From NCBI RefSeq assembly GCF_018350175.1, contig NC_058368.1, positions 202,804,001-202,868,000 of the forward strand: 64,000 nt of DNA, in the 5' to 3' direction. Under the pieces are notes generated by a model. It was not told the origin of the DNA. It saw only the letters and a list, made by a program, of their open reading frames with translations, and did no database searches. Shown one piece after another: positions 1 through 12,539 of this stretch; position 1 is the first letter of the stretch; every line of letters begins with the position of its first letter. Source of the DNA: Felis catus (Eukaryota). The translations under genes were made by a program, and so were the position numbers.

Positions 1-3000
1 CTTCACTTCAAAACTTAGAGTTTTAAATTTTACAAAACCTAACTGTGACAGTTATTCAACTGTAATGCAATGGCTTGAAACCTACAATATTATTTTAACC
101 TGCAATGTTTTATGCAAAATTGTATGCTCAATTCTACAAATTGCTTGTATTACACCAAAAATCATTACTTTTCTTCCTTCTTGCCATAATCAAGCATCTG
201 AAAATAGTCCCTGCATGCTTTTTTGGAAAAACAAAATAGGTTCAGATCAGTCACTGTAGGGAGAGGCTTACAGTATTTCTCATTTCTAGAAAAGTATAAC
301 CATTCATTAATTGCCTATCTTAAAATTCCTATAAGGCTGACTTGGATCTCTGACTTAAGTCTAGAAGTGAGGTTTTCACTTTCATTTAATATTATTACTA
401 TCGTTTAAATAATGATTTGTAAACCACAGCTTGATTTGGAGTTGCCAGTGTGTTCTGTGTCTTCACTGTTGGTAGGTAGTAGTTAACCCTGGGGTTAATT
501 TAAATTAACTAAATACACTATAGCCTCCTGTCTGGGAACACACACTTTGTTCTATGTATATTGTAATAAAATGGTTAGCAAATCTTAAGGCATGTGGTGA
601 CTAACATAGCCCTTAGGTAGGAGGTTTGTTATTTTGAACGTGCTGGAAAACGTATGGACGTGATGACAGAATGCAGGGGGCAAACTGAATGTGAGCATTG
701 TTTGTTCGTTCGTCTGTTTCCTTAACTCTCCATGATCTGTGAACATCTGCTTCTTCTCAAAGAAGTCCCTTAGTAATTATTTGTGCCTAATGCATCCCAC
801 GAATGTGGTGGATGACTGGAACACAATCGGAAGATTCCTAATAACCGACTTCTGTAAATAACCCAAGAGAATGACCTGACGTGGAGGTCTTCAGTATCTC
901 TGACACTGGCGATACGTTAAAGAAGAACTGAACAAAGATCACACGAGAAATGGGGCAGGGCCTCCAGATAGACTTGAGGACAGAAAACAAAACGAAGCAA
1001 AAACTCTAAAATGGATCCATGCTGCCTGTTATGCCTTTTACGATTATAATACCTATAATACCAAAATGAGTTGTTATGTTTCATTTCTAACAGATCCCAG
1101 CTTGTGTGGAAGTACTCAACAATGCTAGTCAATGTAATGTTGTCATTAACATGCTGGTGACATCTGATGGCGGGTCAGGAGCGGTATAAGAAGGGGATTG
1201 TTCCGTCTACCTAGATCCTATGGGAAAGCTGCAAGACCATTTACATATCAGTACAAAACTCCTTTATTTTATTAAAATATTGAGAATTCACTTCAATTTA
1301 TTAAGATCATGTATTGGTCCTTTAAATTATTAAAGGTTTACATTTGATAGCACTAATGGGTTTGGTAGTGAAATATTTTTATATATATAAATTTTTGGTT
1401 TTTTATTTTGAGCACTATTGGGAAACATAAGCAAAATTGAATTGCATGGTCTTTCAGTGCAACCATAAAATTTTTATTCACTTTGTAACAGAATGGACAA
1501 AAACACACTAAGGTTTATATGTTAAACTCATAAAATGGTACAGGGTAAATTATATACATATATATGTATGAATATATATGCTTAGATTAAGAAAACAAAT
1601 TGACTCACATTCCTGTAATATAAAAGTCCATTGCTAGTTGAAAAGTGACCTCTTTTCTCTGTACATAGTTAAGCCCGTAAGTATGGAGTTTTAATCTGTA
1701 CAGAAAGAAATGTATTATTGAAAAGATTGGTCTTTCTGCGGCTGGGAAAATAGTAGAGTAGCTGATTCTTACAACAACTGTATGATCAGGGATGAATTAG
1801 AGTATTTCTTTTGTCTTTGCTCAAAGCCATACATATATAAATATATATAAAGATTATTAATAAATTCAACAGAAAATAAACTAAAATCATGAATATTTTA
1901 TTTTATCAATATGCTCTAACCAAACATTTTGTTTTATTAATGAGTACAGATTTGCCTCTTTCTACCTTTACATCGTAAGATTTCCAAGAGGGCTTATACT
2001 TGATAGTCATTATAAAATTAATCATAGATAGTCTATGACTGTAGAGAGGAATGTAAACAGAACATAGGTATTCCAGTTATCCCTCTGTTTTATCTCTTCC
2101 CAATGGTACCAGTTGAAGTTTTGGGTTTTTTGTTTTTTGTTTTTGTTTTTTTTAATTCTTTGCTCTGTACCTCCTTCACGTGTGGTTGTGGTTCAATTCC
2201 CAAACACGGTTATTTCTGTGCTATTAGATTTGGGGGGGGGGGGGGGAATAACCTTATAATTTATTATACAAACCTATTTTATGATAGCCTTGGGCCTTGC
2301 GAAGGCTTTCGATAGTCACAGAACCTCCCTATTCAAGTGGATTTTGAATCAGGCTTAAAAGGCTGACATAGAGTTTATTGCATTGAATGAAGGATTCTTT
2401 GAAAACTGTAAGGATAAATGGCAAGAATGGCGATAGACTCTATTCATCAAATAAATAGCTTGTCTCCAGGTCTCAGTGACCACTCCATAAGTGAATGATT
2501 CCGTGACAGATGCCGTCCCACTTTAAAAAGATGGTTATTTTGCCATTTATAAACTTAAATGAGCATAACATCTGCAGGACACTACAAAGTACGCAGTCAA
2601 GTTAGAATAATTCCTAAAGAACTTGGGTGATTTAAACAATATGATGTGTTTTAAGTTGTAGATGTTATTATTTCAAATCCTGAATTATTTATACTTTAAA
2701 CTAGAAGTGATCTCCATCATCTTGCAGGCCTACTTTTAAAGTCTCCATGCCTTCTTTTTAAATTTAAGTGTTTCTGTTTGTTAATTTTATAATTTTACTG
2801 TGCTACTTTGCTTTTATGCATTTTACTTTCATAATTTATAACAAGTTGTTTCAACAAGATTTGTCTTCTTTATGCCTCTATCCTTCTAGAATATATGCCA
2901 TAAAACCTGTGTCTGGTTATTTTATTCATATACATTACACCTGGAAAATTTTATCACATTCTCTGCTTATTTGAAAACTACTTTTTCTGTGCAATACAAA

Positions 3001-3239
3001 AGAAATGTGGTCCTTATTGAATAACTGGAGGCTGAACATCTATTTTGAGTCCTGAAAGTAATGGTCAAAAATTTAAGCAAGTGCGACTGGCTGCATGCAC
3101 TGAGTTGTTAGCTCCGTTCTATACGTTTATTTAATATATCCTTTTTTCCAGAATAATAAGATGAAGAATAAAGAAGATTTGCTGTTGTATTCAGGGTTAA
3201 GTTTACCTGCTACTGGCACTGGAAAGCAGTGACTTTCTT

Positions 3240-3406
3240 TAAATAATTTTTTTTAATGTTTGTATTTATTTTTGAGAGAGAGAGAGAGAGAGAGCATGCG
3301 CTCTCGAGCAAGCGGGGGAGGGGCAGAGAGAGAGGGAAACACAGAGTCCCAAGCAGGCTCCAGGCTGCGAGCTGTCAGAGTGCCTGACTCAGAGCCACCC
3401 AGGTGC
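3240..3406 (-). mobile_element. Can-SINE (SINEC, felid type) with internal deletion
   Basis: Reverse-oriented T-rich tail, (GA)n tract and end GAGCCACCCAGGTGCC. Flanked by a 21-bp direct repeat ctggaaagcagtgactttctt (3219-3239 and 3407-3427). The B-box segment is missing. Confidence 0.92.
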
Positions 3407-3959
3407 CTGGAAAGCAGTGACTTTCTTAAGCAATTTTGATTCTGTCCTTTTTAAAAGTGGCATCTATTTTTTAAACACTGGCCAACAATGAAATCAGTCA
3501 TGAAGAGAACTCCTGCTTTTAAAAGGGAGCAAAGTATAAATTATTTTACCTAAATTCATCAAGGATGTGGGAGCAAATCCAGCCAGAAGATCCATATTCC
3601 TCCTCTTGCTGTTTTGGAGTTTTTGACCAAAGGCCGCATTCCTTCCTTTCCCAGTAGCAATGAACATTTCTGTTAATATTTATCGTTTTGTTCTTCATCA
3701 TTTTCTTTAGAGCTTTAGGGCATGGAAAGCTTGAGCCTTTCTATATAGGAAAAATTTCATGGTATATTCACCGATCTACTGCAAGACAATGATAATTTTA
3801 TTACAAATTTTTAGAAGAAAATATTGGCAATTTTGTAATACCTGGCTGCTTTTCAGTTTTGAGTATTCTCCCAGAGAAATCATTGTTCCCTTTTCCCCAA
3901 ATTCAAACATGTTCTCTCTCTGCCGCTGAACAATCAGATAAGGAGATAATCTCCTTAAG

Positions 3960-4183
3960 CAAAGCCAGCACAAGGGTAACATGAGTGAGGCCCCTTGCAC
4001 GAAATGCAAAGTGGCAAAAATCTAAATAATTAAAGCAAATAATATTTTATGCCATTTTTTAAAAATCAAAATTAAGCTAACAAGCATGATGAACCAATTG
4101 GCAGGATCTTAAACGAAGACAAGATCCAGCCCCAGGCTTTCATGGCTCCTGCCTCACTTACCTCACTCCTCCCCGCCCCGCTA
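3960..4183. mobile_element. MER96B-like hAT-Tip100 DNA transposon relic
   Basis: Degenerate inverted ends (gagtgaggc ... gcctcacttacctcac) around the core aataatattttatgcc-ttttttaaaaatcaaaatta...catgatgaac, which resembles my recall of MER96B. Confidence 0.55.
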
Positions 4184-5679
4184 CCTATTGAGACTGTGAT
4201 AGGACAGAAAGGGCTTTGAAGGGTTTCTGTGGTAGAAGCTTTGCCCCAATTTGTCCCATCATACCTTGAGAATCATCCCAAGGCTGTATTAAAAGTCCCT
4301 GTACATAAGGTTCTGGATTTGTTTCCAAGAGTAATGTACTAAATGCCAGAGAAAGAATTAACTTTTACTGACAAAGGAAACCTGCTTTTCTAAAAGATGT
4401 TCATCACAACGCAGCTAATTGGGCCCATCGGCAGCTTCGCGCAGCTGGCCAGTATCATAGGGGGAAGAAGAGCAGAAACTGAATGAGAAATACTGCTTTT
4501 AAACCTTTTAAACCTTCTAAAGAGCTTTTATTATCAGGCCAATGGTTTTACAGTTTTATGCTTTATCTTGTTAGTTTTATGAATCCAAGATTTCCGTTCG
4601 GGTGCATACCTGTTGAAATGTGTGTTTTGCTAAGGTGATAGGAAAAGTTATTTGTGACAAATAGGATGCGATATTTACAATCCCACAGAGCCCTGTAGAG
4701 AGGCTGGGTCCTAAGGAAAGTCCTAGGTCTGCTGACCAGGATAATGGGGATGAGAAGCTGAAATGGAAATTGCTTTGCCCAAGACAAAGCATGGCAGGGC
4801 TGGGGAATAATTTGAGAATGTGAGAGTAACAACCTGTATGAATAGAAAGGAGTGATGGAATGGTTTGGGTTAAAACTCCATAGATTCTCCAAATCTTACT
4901 TACAGACATTGTACTTAAAAGACTGACAAACTTAAAAAAAAAAAAAAAAAGATTGACAAAGATGGATATTCTTTGGAGCTATTTCATTCCTCATGTAGAA
5001 TCAATAGCCATTTATTACCAAGGGGGAACATCTCCTCATTTTTTCCATTATAAATGTTTGAATAACCACATTTGAGCAAAGAATAGCATGTATTTATTCA
5101 ATTGAACACGTCTGAGTAAATATAATTGCTCAAAAGGTAAAGCTTATTTCATGTTTGTATTAGATTTATGTAATTGAATACAAGTAATTCAGAGTCATTC
5201 AGACATGTTTTTAACAATGGAGCAATTTTACAAAAAGGAAACAAATTGCTTTTTGCCAGGCTAATCATATCTTTAGATTTGTAGAGGCAAAGGTATTTTT
5301 AAACAAATTTTTAGCTTCTCTTAAATTTATGAGGCTCCTCAGACATGGGAAAAGTTTGCCAGATGTATCCTTGTAATGTATTTGTCCAAAGACTTAGTTT
5401 TCAAGCATTTCAAAATAAAAGTTGTTTGCCTAACTATTCTCTAAGATCTATTACCAACCTAACATATTACAATTCTATTGAAAATGTGCAGTTCTGAATT
5501 GCCCAAAGTATGATATTCTGATATCGAACATAATGAAGTATTTCATTTGAGAAATACTAAATAATATTTAATAGATAAGGCATGTATACACTATGTAGCA
5601 TGAATTCTCCTTAGATCTCCTTACCAAAGATCAAGGTATATTAATTACATTGGCTTGTTAACATACATATTAATAGATC

Positions 5680-5960
5680 CAAGTGATTATTGTCCTCCTT
5701 GCAGTAATTATCTTAGAATGCTAAACACATATCCAAAAAATACATGAATCAAAATACGTTTGACTCCCCCAGTAGTTCAGAGCAGCCTTCAGCACCCTTG
5801 GCGAATCGATATGAATATTCTCAACAGTGGTTTGTCTCAGTAATAGTAGATCCCATTTTGGGAGTTAGCCAAAACTCATCTGAAGTCCTGTTTTCTCTAA
5901 CAGCAAAAGATCTAGTTTAGCATCACTATTTGCAGTCAAAACTGAAATGTGATTTTTTTT
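5680..5960. mobile_element. MARNA-like mariner relic
   Basis: Diverged match to recalled MARNA motifs: gccttcag...tgaatattctcaacagtgg...gccaaaactcat...gtcaaaactgaaatgtga. Confidence 0.45.
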
Positions 5961-6011
5961 ATGTGTGGTTCATAAATTTTGTCTGAAGTCCTAGACATGT
6001 TCCAAAAACCT

Positions 6012-6058
6012 GTCTCTCTCTCGCTGTCACTCTCTCTCACTCTCTCCTTCCCTCTGTG

Positions 6059-6104
<46 letters not shown>
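6012..6104. repeat. (CT)n-rich tract followed by (TA)n microsatellite
   Basis: Directly visible. Confidence 0.95.
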
Positions 6105-6108
<4 letters not shown>

Positions 6109-8489
6109 CTTCCCAAATTCAAACTCTCAAGAATCTAAAGGTCTGTGATATGTACTTATAAAGTTCTAATAATTTTATAGCTTTATAAGTACCTTAAGTT
6201 ATTTTTACCCTCACAGAACAATGATCAAAGCCATCAATTTGGGCTTGTTTTGCATAGTTATTTTTAAATGAGTGATTATTTACATATGACATTCTACATT
6301 TCTATGAATAAATGACATTGACTTTTAATTTCTCCACATGTGAAACTCTCAGATAATAACTTCTTAAAATGGTGCCTGTTGTAATCAGAGTCTAGTCTTT
6401 CTAAAGCTAGGTTATTATTCTCCTTTACATGAGCTACATAAGCGGAATCTTTTACATGATTTTAATTGCTTCAAGCTATGAATGTTGGCAAGTTTTGAGA
6501 CTTCAGCTAGTTTGTTTTGTTCAAACAACTTCTCAGCTAAATTGATTACAAACATATGTCAAAGCTTTAGTTTAAACTTGACAAAAGGGTTCTAAGTAAG
6601 TCAATGCAAAGATTCTTTCCAGGTAGAACTATTTTGTAAGAAAAAAAAGGTTGGTTTGACCATCATCTTTTCAAGAAAATCACTGGTTAAAAATCATTAA
6701 CCTCCTTATAAATCAGAATATTAGTTGAGTAAGGAAGTATTCTCAGTAGAGATCTTAATTTCTTAAAAGTCTGTCAGAAAACTGCTCAAGCATTTTATCA
6801 TGAATGTTAACTACTTTCCAAATAGCCCAGAAACATGTCCCAGAAAAAGTTCTGACCCTAAGTAGGTTTGGAAAATACCTTTTTTGTCTAAGTTCTAACA
6901 TACATTGTAGGAGAGTAAAAGATAAACTTGTCCTGCACACATTTTTTAGTGACTTCAATAGTTGTATCTACGTAAGGAATTTAGTTTATATCTGCAAAAT
7001 GTTAGGTGTCTGCAATAGCTCATCTAAAGTAATTCTTGCGTGTGGTCTCAAGCACAACATATTTCTTAAAACGTGTATTTTTGACGGGGGAAAAAAACTT
7101 GCTAAGTTTCTTGCAAGAGAAGCTGTGACTATAGGTGCTATTATCCCCGAATTACAAAGTATTTGACAGACACAAAGGTTCATGTTATATAAGGAGAGGA
7201 GACCATGGTTTTGGAAATTTTGAAAATTTATTTTAGGTCGGAGGGCAAGATAAAATGCAAGGATTGACCACCAGCCAAAAACAAAGACACAGCACATCTC
7301 AGTTTTTAAACTGTCCTAGCTTCATCTTTTTATACATAAACAAGACTTCGATCTGCTGCCCTTATCAAACTTATCAAGGGCTACAAGCCCTTGGATTCAC
7401 TAGGAAACAAGCTTTGCTGATGGTACACATTGGAAAAGCAATTGAAGCACAGTGCATGGAAAGAGGGAAAATGATACCAAAGGAGATCAAATATATAACT
7501 GAAAAGAGCTTTCAATATTCATTGTGATAACAAGGAGTGTCACAGTATTAGTTCTAAAGAACAAAAGGGAGTCTGGCCTTGAAGAGTTTATGAAGATTTT
7601 TTAGAATATATAATACAGAATTTGGTTTATTATAAAGGGGCTGATTTTGATCATCACTTAATTCCAATTCTCTCTTCTTTGCTTCTGGCATGTTGTTATA
7701 GAGTCCTCAATCTCTTTAAAGATGTATTTTATGGGCCTTACTTAACAATGTATTTAATAATCTCCTTATTTGTTATGACACATCATGCCAAATAATAGTG
7801 TGTTTTTGTTTATAGTGGAGCTAAAAATGTATGCCTCAAGCAAAGATATGCATTTCAAAGGAAGTCACAAAAATCTTCATAAATAACAATTTTTTTAAAA
7901 TAAGGGAGGACCAGTAGTTTATAATAACAATGGAAATGCAAAGGAGAAAGAAGACACAGGTTATAGGAACACAGGTTCAAGATACTAGAAATATAGGACA
8001 CACTAGGAAGGAGGAAAATGTTGGAAAACAAGACATTTTTATGCTTATGCTTCAGAACTAATACACATAAATTACTTCCAATGCATAACACATTAACGAT
8101 AGCATCACAATAAATCCTAGGCACTTCCCTTTTGGAAGAATATGACCATTTTGGAGAGAGGACGATGTGAACTGAGCTAAGAATGTGAAAAGACCTAAAA
8201 ATGCCTGTTGAGAAATAAAAAAAAAAAAAAAAAAAAAAAAACAACCAAAGGCAGCTTTCAACCTAGAGGGAAGCAAACCTACTCATAGACAAAGAGTGGC
8301 TCAGCAGGAAGGAAATTGCTAGGTGCACAGGGAGGGTTCCTGTTACTAACAGAGCACACTCAGGAGTGAAAAGTTGTCACAGTTTCCCAGAATTTAAACA
8401 TAGGAAGTCCATGAATACTGTGTACACTCACACAAAACTGCACACTGCCAAAGATATATGCCTTCTCATGTACTTACAATAAAGCTCTA

Positions 8490-8699
8490 GGGGCGCCTGG
8501 GTGGCTCAGTCGGTTAAGCGTCCTACTTCAGTTCAGGTCATGATCTCACTGTTGGTGGGTTCAAGCCCCGCGTGAGGCTCCGCGCTGACAGCTCACAGCC
8601 TGGACCCTGCTTCAGATTCTGTCCCCCTCTCTCTCTGCACCTCCCCCCTTGCGCTGTGTCTCTGTCTCTTGAAAATAAGTAAATGTTTAAGAAAAAAAA
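8490..8699 (+). mobile_element. Can-SINE (SINEC)
   Basis: GGGGCGCCTGGGTGGCTCAGTCGGTTAAG head (A box), GGTTCAAGCCCC (B box), CT-rich tract and A-rich tail. The TSD is degenerate (aaagctctag / aaaacactag). Confidence 0.95.
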
Positions 8700-9514
8700 C
8701 ACTAGGAGAGTTGTTTACATAAAGAATCTAGTCTACAATCTAGTGGGTGCCAAACCCTAGAGTGTGGGTTTGTATGAGGAAAATGAGAAATTTTCAAAAC
8801 AGTTCTGATATAACTGTATACCAGTATTTATATATTACTTTTTTAATTATTTTACTACAAATACCTTTCTATTAGGCTTCATTCATATTACATGTAAGGC
8901 ATAACATATTATTTTTTTTAACTTGACTCTGTAATGTGGTAATGGAGCTGTTATAAAATATTAGCTATAAAAAGGAGACATTGGTAGGGTTAGGAACCAT
9001 TGTGCTAAATGCTGATGTGTACAGGGATTTGTGCTGCACCGTCCGTTGTAGCCTCGCTGCTGAACAGATATTCTAATTTTTATATGATCGTACCTTTTAT
9101 AAGAGAAAGTAAATATTTGGGGTTAAGAAGAATAAAAGTGAGTAAGAGGAGGCAGTAGCAAGGAAAAAATTACCAAATTAATTTGAAAAGAGCAAAGTTT
9201 ACTCTATTTTCCTACACGTTTGCCATTGGGTTTATAAAATTTGAAATGCAGAATATAGTTATTAAAAACGACTAAAAGTAGAAAGAATATGGGTCTCATT
9301 TTACACAGCTAGTTAATTAATTAGTTAATCTTTCAGATTGGCTCAGTAGTAGCTGATTCCTCAAATAGCCAAAGAAGTTATTGATAGTTACCTGGATGGT
9401 AACACTTGAAGAAAGTGTATCGGTCCTTTTATCCATGATACTGCCCCCATGTTGCGTGGAATTTCTGCTATTTAATCAGCATTGGCTGTATGTATAATTT
9501 AGAGTAATACACCT

Positions 9515-9795
9515 AATTCATCAAATTCATCCTTTGGGCACCTATGGGGTGGCAAGACATGTTCTAGACAACATAGATATGACACAAGAAGAGCACGAAT
9601 CTGTGTCTTCATGTAGCTTATATCATTCTAGGAAGAAATACAGAATAAATAAAGAAAAGTAAAATAATTCAGACAATGAAAAGAGCTTTGGAGGAAAGCA
9701 ATGCAGAGAAGAGAGAAGGGAATATCAAGAATAGGGACTGGAGAGGAATTGCTGTTTAAGTAGCATAATTAGAGAGAACATCACTGAGCAGATCA
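9515..9795 (-). mobile_element. L2 LINE 3' fragment
   Basis: Typical reverse L2 3'-end pattern: ttcatcaaattcatc..gggcacctatg..gtcttcatgtagcttata. Confidence 0.5.
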
Positions 9796-9844
9796 ACAAT
9801 GACTAAAAAGGGTCTGTAGATCAATATAACAAGGGGTCTTCCTG

Positions 9845-10013
9845 CGCCTTGCTACTGAAAGTAGACTCATGGACCTGTAGCATCTGTATCATGTGGAAAT
9901 CTAGAAGAAGCACAGAATCCTGAGCCTTAACCTATAACTACTGGCAGGAGTCTAAATTTTAACAAGTTCCCTACACGATCCATATGCGAATTAATATTTG
10001 AGAAGTACACAGC
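9845..10013. mobile_element. MER5A hAT-Charlie MITE
   Basis: gctactgaaagt..ggacc..gcatc..atcatgtggaa..cagaatc..ttttaacaag..tttgagaag matches the MER5A layout. Confidence 0.65.
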
Positions 10014-10144
10014 TAGTAAAGTCCTAGAGAAGCAAATAAATTATAAGGAAATTTTAGGGAACTTCTCGGTCTAAGGACATTTCTGAGGATGCCAAGTCAA
10101 CGTTGAACATCCTGACAAGGGATATTGGCTCAGCGGGAAAGTCT

Positions 10145-10876
10145 AGAGAAAGACAAAGAAAAACAAACCTGGACATTGTGAAAGCTGCTAAGACGATTTT
10201 ACCCAGAAAATTACAATAAGGGAGAGAGACTCAGTATAAACTCAGCTCACTGAACTCCCCTAAAAAAATAAAAATAAAAAAAATAAGGTGGGAACCTTTT
10301 TTAAATGCTGGGGTGTGCTAAAGAAAAGTGCTGAGTTCTAAGTTTGTTAATGGGGCATAATCATTGCGATTAGGATATCTGAGTTTGTTGACTGCTGTTC
10401 ATCTGATGAAGAAACAAATTTTCAAATCTTTAGGAGAGGAGCTAGTTTTGCAAATTGGAATGAGACACCTACCATAGTTAGGTTCTTACCCCCACTCCAA
10501 CTCCTAGAAACTGGGAGACTAGAGAACTATGTCTCTGGATGTTTCCATTTCAAAGAGATAGCTCCCAGGCCCTTGTACAATATTTACATCTCAAAGGGAA
10601 GAGAAAGGATTTATAATTGCAAGTTTTTAAAGTGACCACTCCAAGAAAAAGGCTATTGGGGCCTATAGTCATATTTTGGCTGGAACAAACAGTAAATTAT
10701 TTGGACAGTGTTGAGTTTTCTCAGGCAAGTAATTTGAGGGGACTGGGGTTACTCTACGGAGATGGTCATGGGCCAGCATAAGCCATGCTAGAGTTCAGTC
10801 AAGTCTCTTAGTGTGGGAGTTAAGGGAGCTAATGGACAGTCATTCCTCCTGGGAATTTTGAAGTTCTTATGAAGGC
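10145..10876 (-). mobile_element. MER67-family ERV1 solo LTR
   Basis: Motifs catttcaaagagatagctcccagg, tttacatctcaaaggg, ataattgcaagttttt and ggctggaacaaacagtaaatt match recalled MER67. Confidence 0.6.
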
Positions 10877-11229
10877 ACTGAAACTGATGATAAACCAGCT
10901 ATTTGATACTTTTACCCTGGACCATCCCTAGACGTACCCTTGGTCACAATGCTTTTCCTAGCCTGCCTTCTAGCACTTCTTAAATAGAAATGGGAAGGAA
11001 GAAATCAACACATGTTAGATGTTATCAGTTCTTCATTTGGAATCAATTTTGGTGTCATAGCCAACAATGCTGCTTAATATCACATCGACCCAATGCATCT
11101 ATAGCTTTCTGTAACACTTTTTAACGCTAACAATAATACATTGACATTGTAAAAATAAATAAATCTGGTCAGTGTTTTATAAATGAGCATCTATTTATCT
11201 GCCATATCTATGTATCTGCAGTGTTTAGA

Positions 11230-11430
11230 AAAACTAGGTACAAAAACCGGCTCTTCCACTTACCATGTAACCCTGGTAGAGTTATATAATCTTATTATAT
11301 TCCAGTTCCATAACTAGAAAATGGGGGGTTGGAATCGTTTCTGCTTCATTGCATGGTTATGAAGACCACATGAGATAAATTTTGCAAAAAGCGTACCCCA
11401 ACTCTTGACTCACATCAAACATTCTAGGTG
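11230..11430 (+). mobile_element. MIR SINE fragment
   Basis: ccacttacc-tgtaaccctgg..gttat..aatct..tagaaaatgggg..catgagataa, the MIR core layout. Confidence 0.55.
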
Positions 11431-12495
11431 CAATTGGTGGCATTTTCTAAGTCGTACTGGGCTACCTGGAATCTGAGCTACATGAGTCTGAGACCTCACA
11501 CCCAGCTTTCCCAGCAGAAAGAGCCATGCATGTGATCTTGACTTTCCAGAGGAATTGAGGTTTTTATTCACAATATTCTTCACGACCTAAGATCTCTAGG
11601 TGTTTAGCAGCTATTTCCAGATGACCTCTGTGAACAGTAGATAACCACATATCAAGTCTTCTTGTTGTCATTCAATCTGATTACTGGTGAGGCTGCTTTC
11701 TCATGTCTGTCCTATAAAAGGTAAAATACCAAGAGGCAATGTCCCTTCATTGGCACTCTGGCCCCAGCAAGATTCTCCATGAGATGCACTACAGAGATGA
11801 GAGTATGAGCTACTCTTAATATACAACTTGTGTCAGTAGAATTTATCCTGAAGCTTGGTGCATGAGAGGTCAAGCTCCAGATAGGATGGCATGTATGATA
11901 CATTTGATGATAAACATTATTATAATCATGCCTCTTTGCAGTAAAAATCTGCAATAGAGTACAGTAGACACCTTGTTATTGGTGAAGTTGATGATAATTA
12001 AAATACATGCATGTGCACACACAAACACACACAGATTTTGTTACACATGTAAAGCCTTGTCTTTTATGACTTATTTAGGGAGAAACAGGTTTTTGAAAGA
12101 CATCATTTCAGGTATTCTCCTCTTTGAAGTACAGATCCAATTAAAGTGTTGAGCACCTACTCGATGTTCTGAAAGAGAGGGTAACTGGGAAACTGAAGCT
12201 CTGTAGGTGTCTAAGGATAGTTGAATTCCACTGGCGTGAAGCAAGTATCCTGCCCCTAAGAATTTGACATTCTGCCCTGCCCTGCCCTTTAAATTCAGGC
12301 TCATTGCTGGACAGCAGGATCCCAGGGAAGAGATACAAGAAATTTTTTTTAGAACTGGTACTTTAAAATCTCCTACTACAGTTACAAAACCATAGCATCT
12401 TTTCAGCTGGTAGGTGCTCTATGGGATATCATCAAGACACAGTTCTTAAAGCTTTGTTCCCAGCAGGAGCTGAGATCTAAACTTCTCACTAGTTA

Positions 12496-12499
<4 letters not shown>

Positions 12500-12536
<37 letters not shown>
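12500..12536. repeat. (TA)n microsatellite
   Basis: Directly visible. Confidence 0.95.

Positions 12537-12539
<3 letters not shown>

Noticed and set aside
1168..1213. Peptide MAGQERYKK resembling the Rab GTPase DTAGQERY motif
   Set aside because: The upstream WDT is absent, a stop follows within a few codons, and there are no other G-box motifs. Probably chance.
6755..7527. Cluster of overlapping 67-120 aa ORFs
   Set aside because: They overlap on both strands, show no domain similarity, and are within chance expectation.
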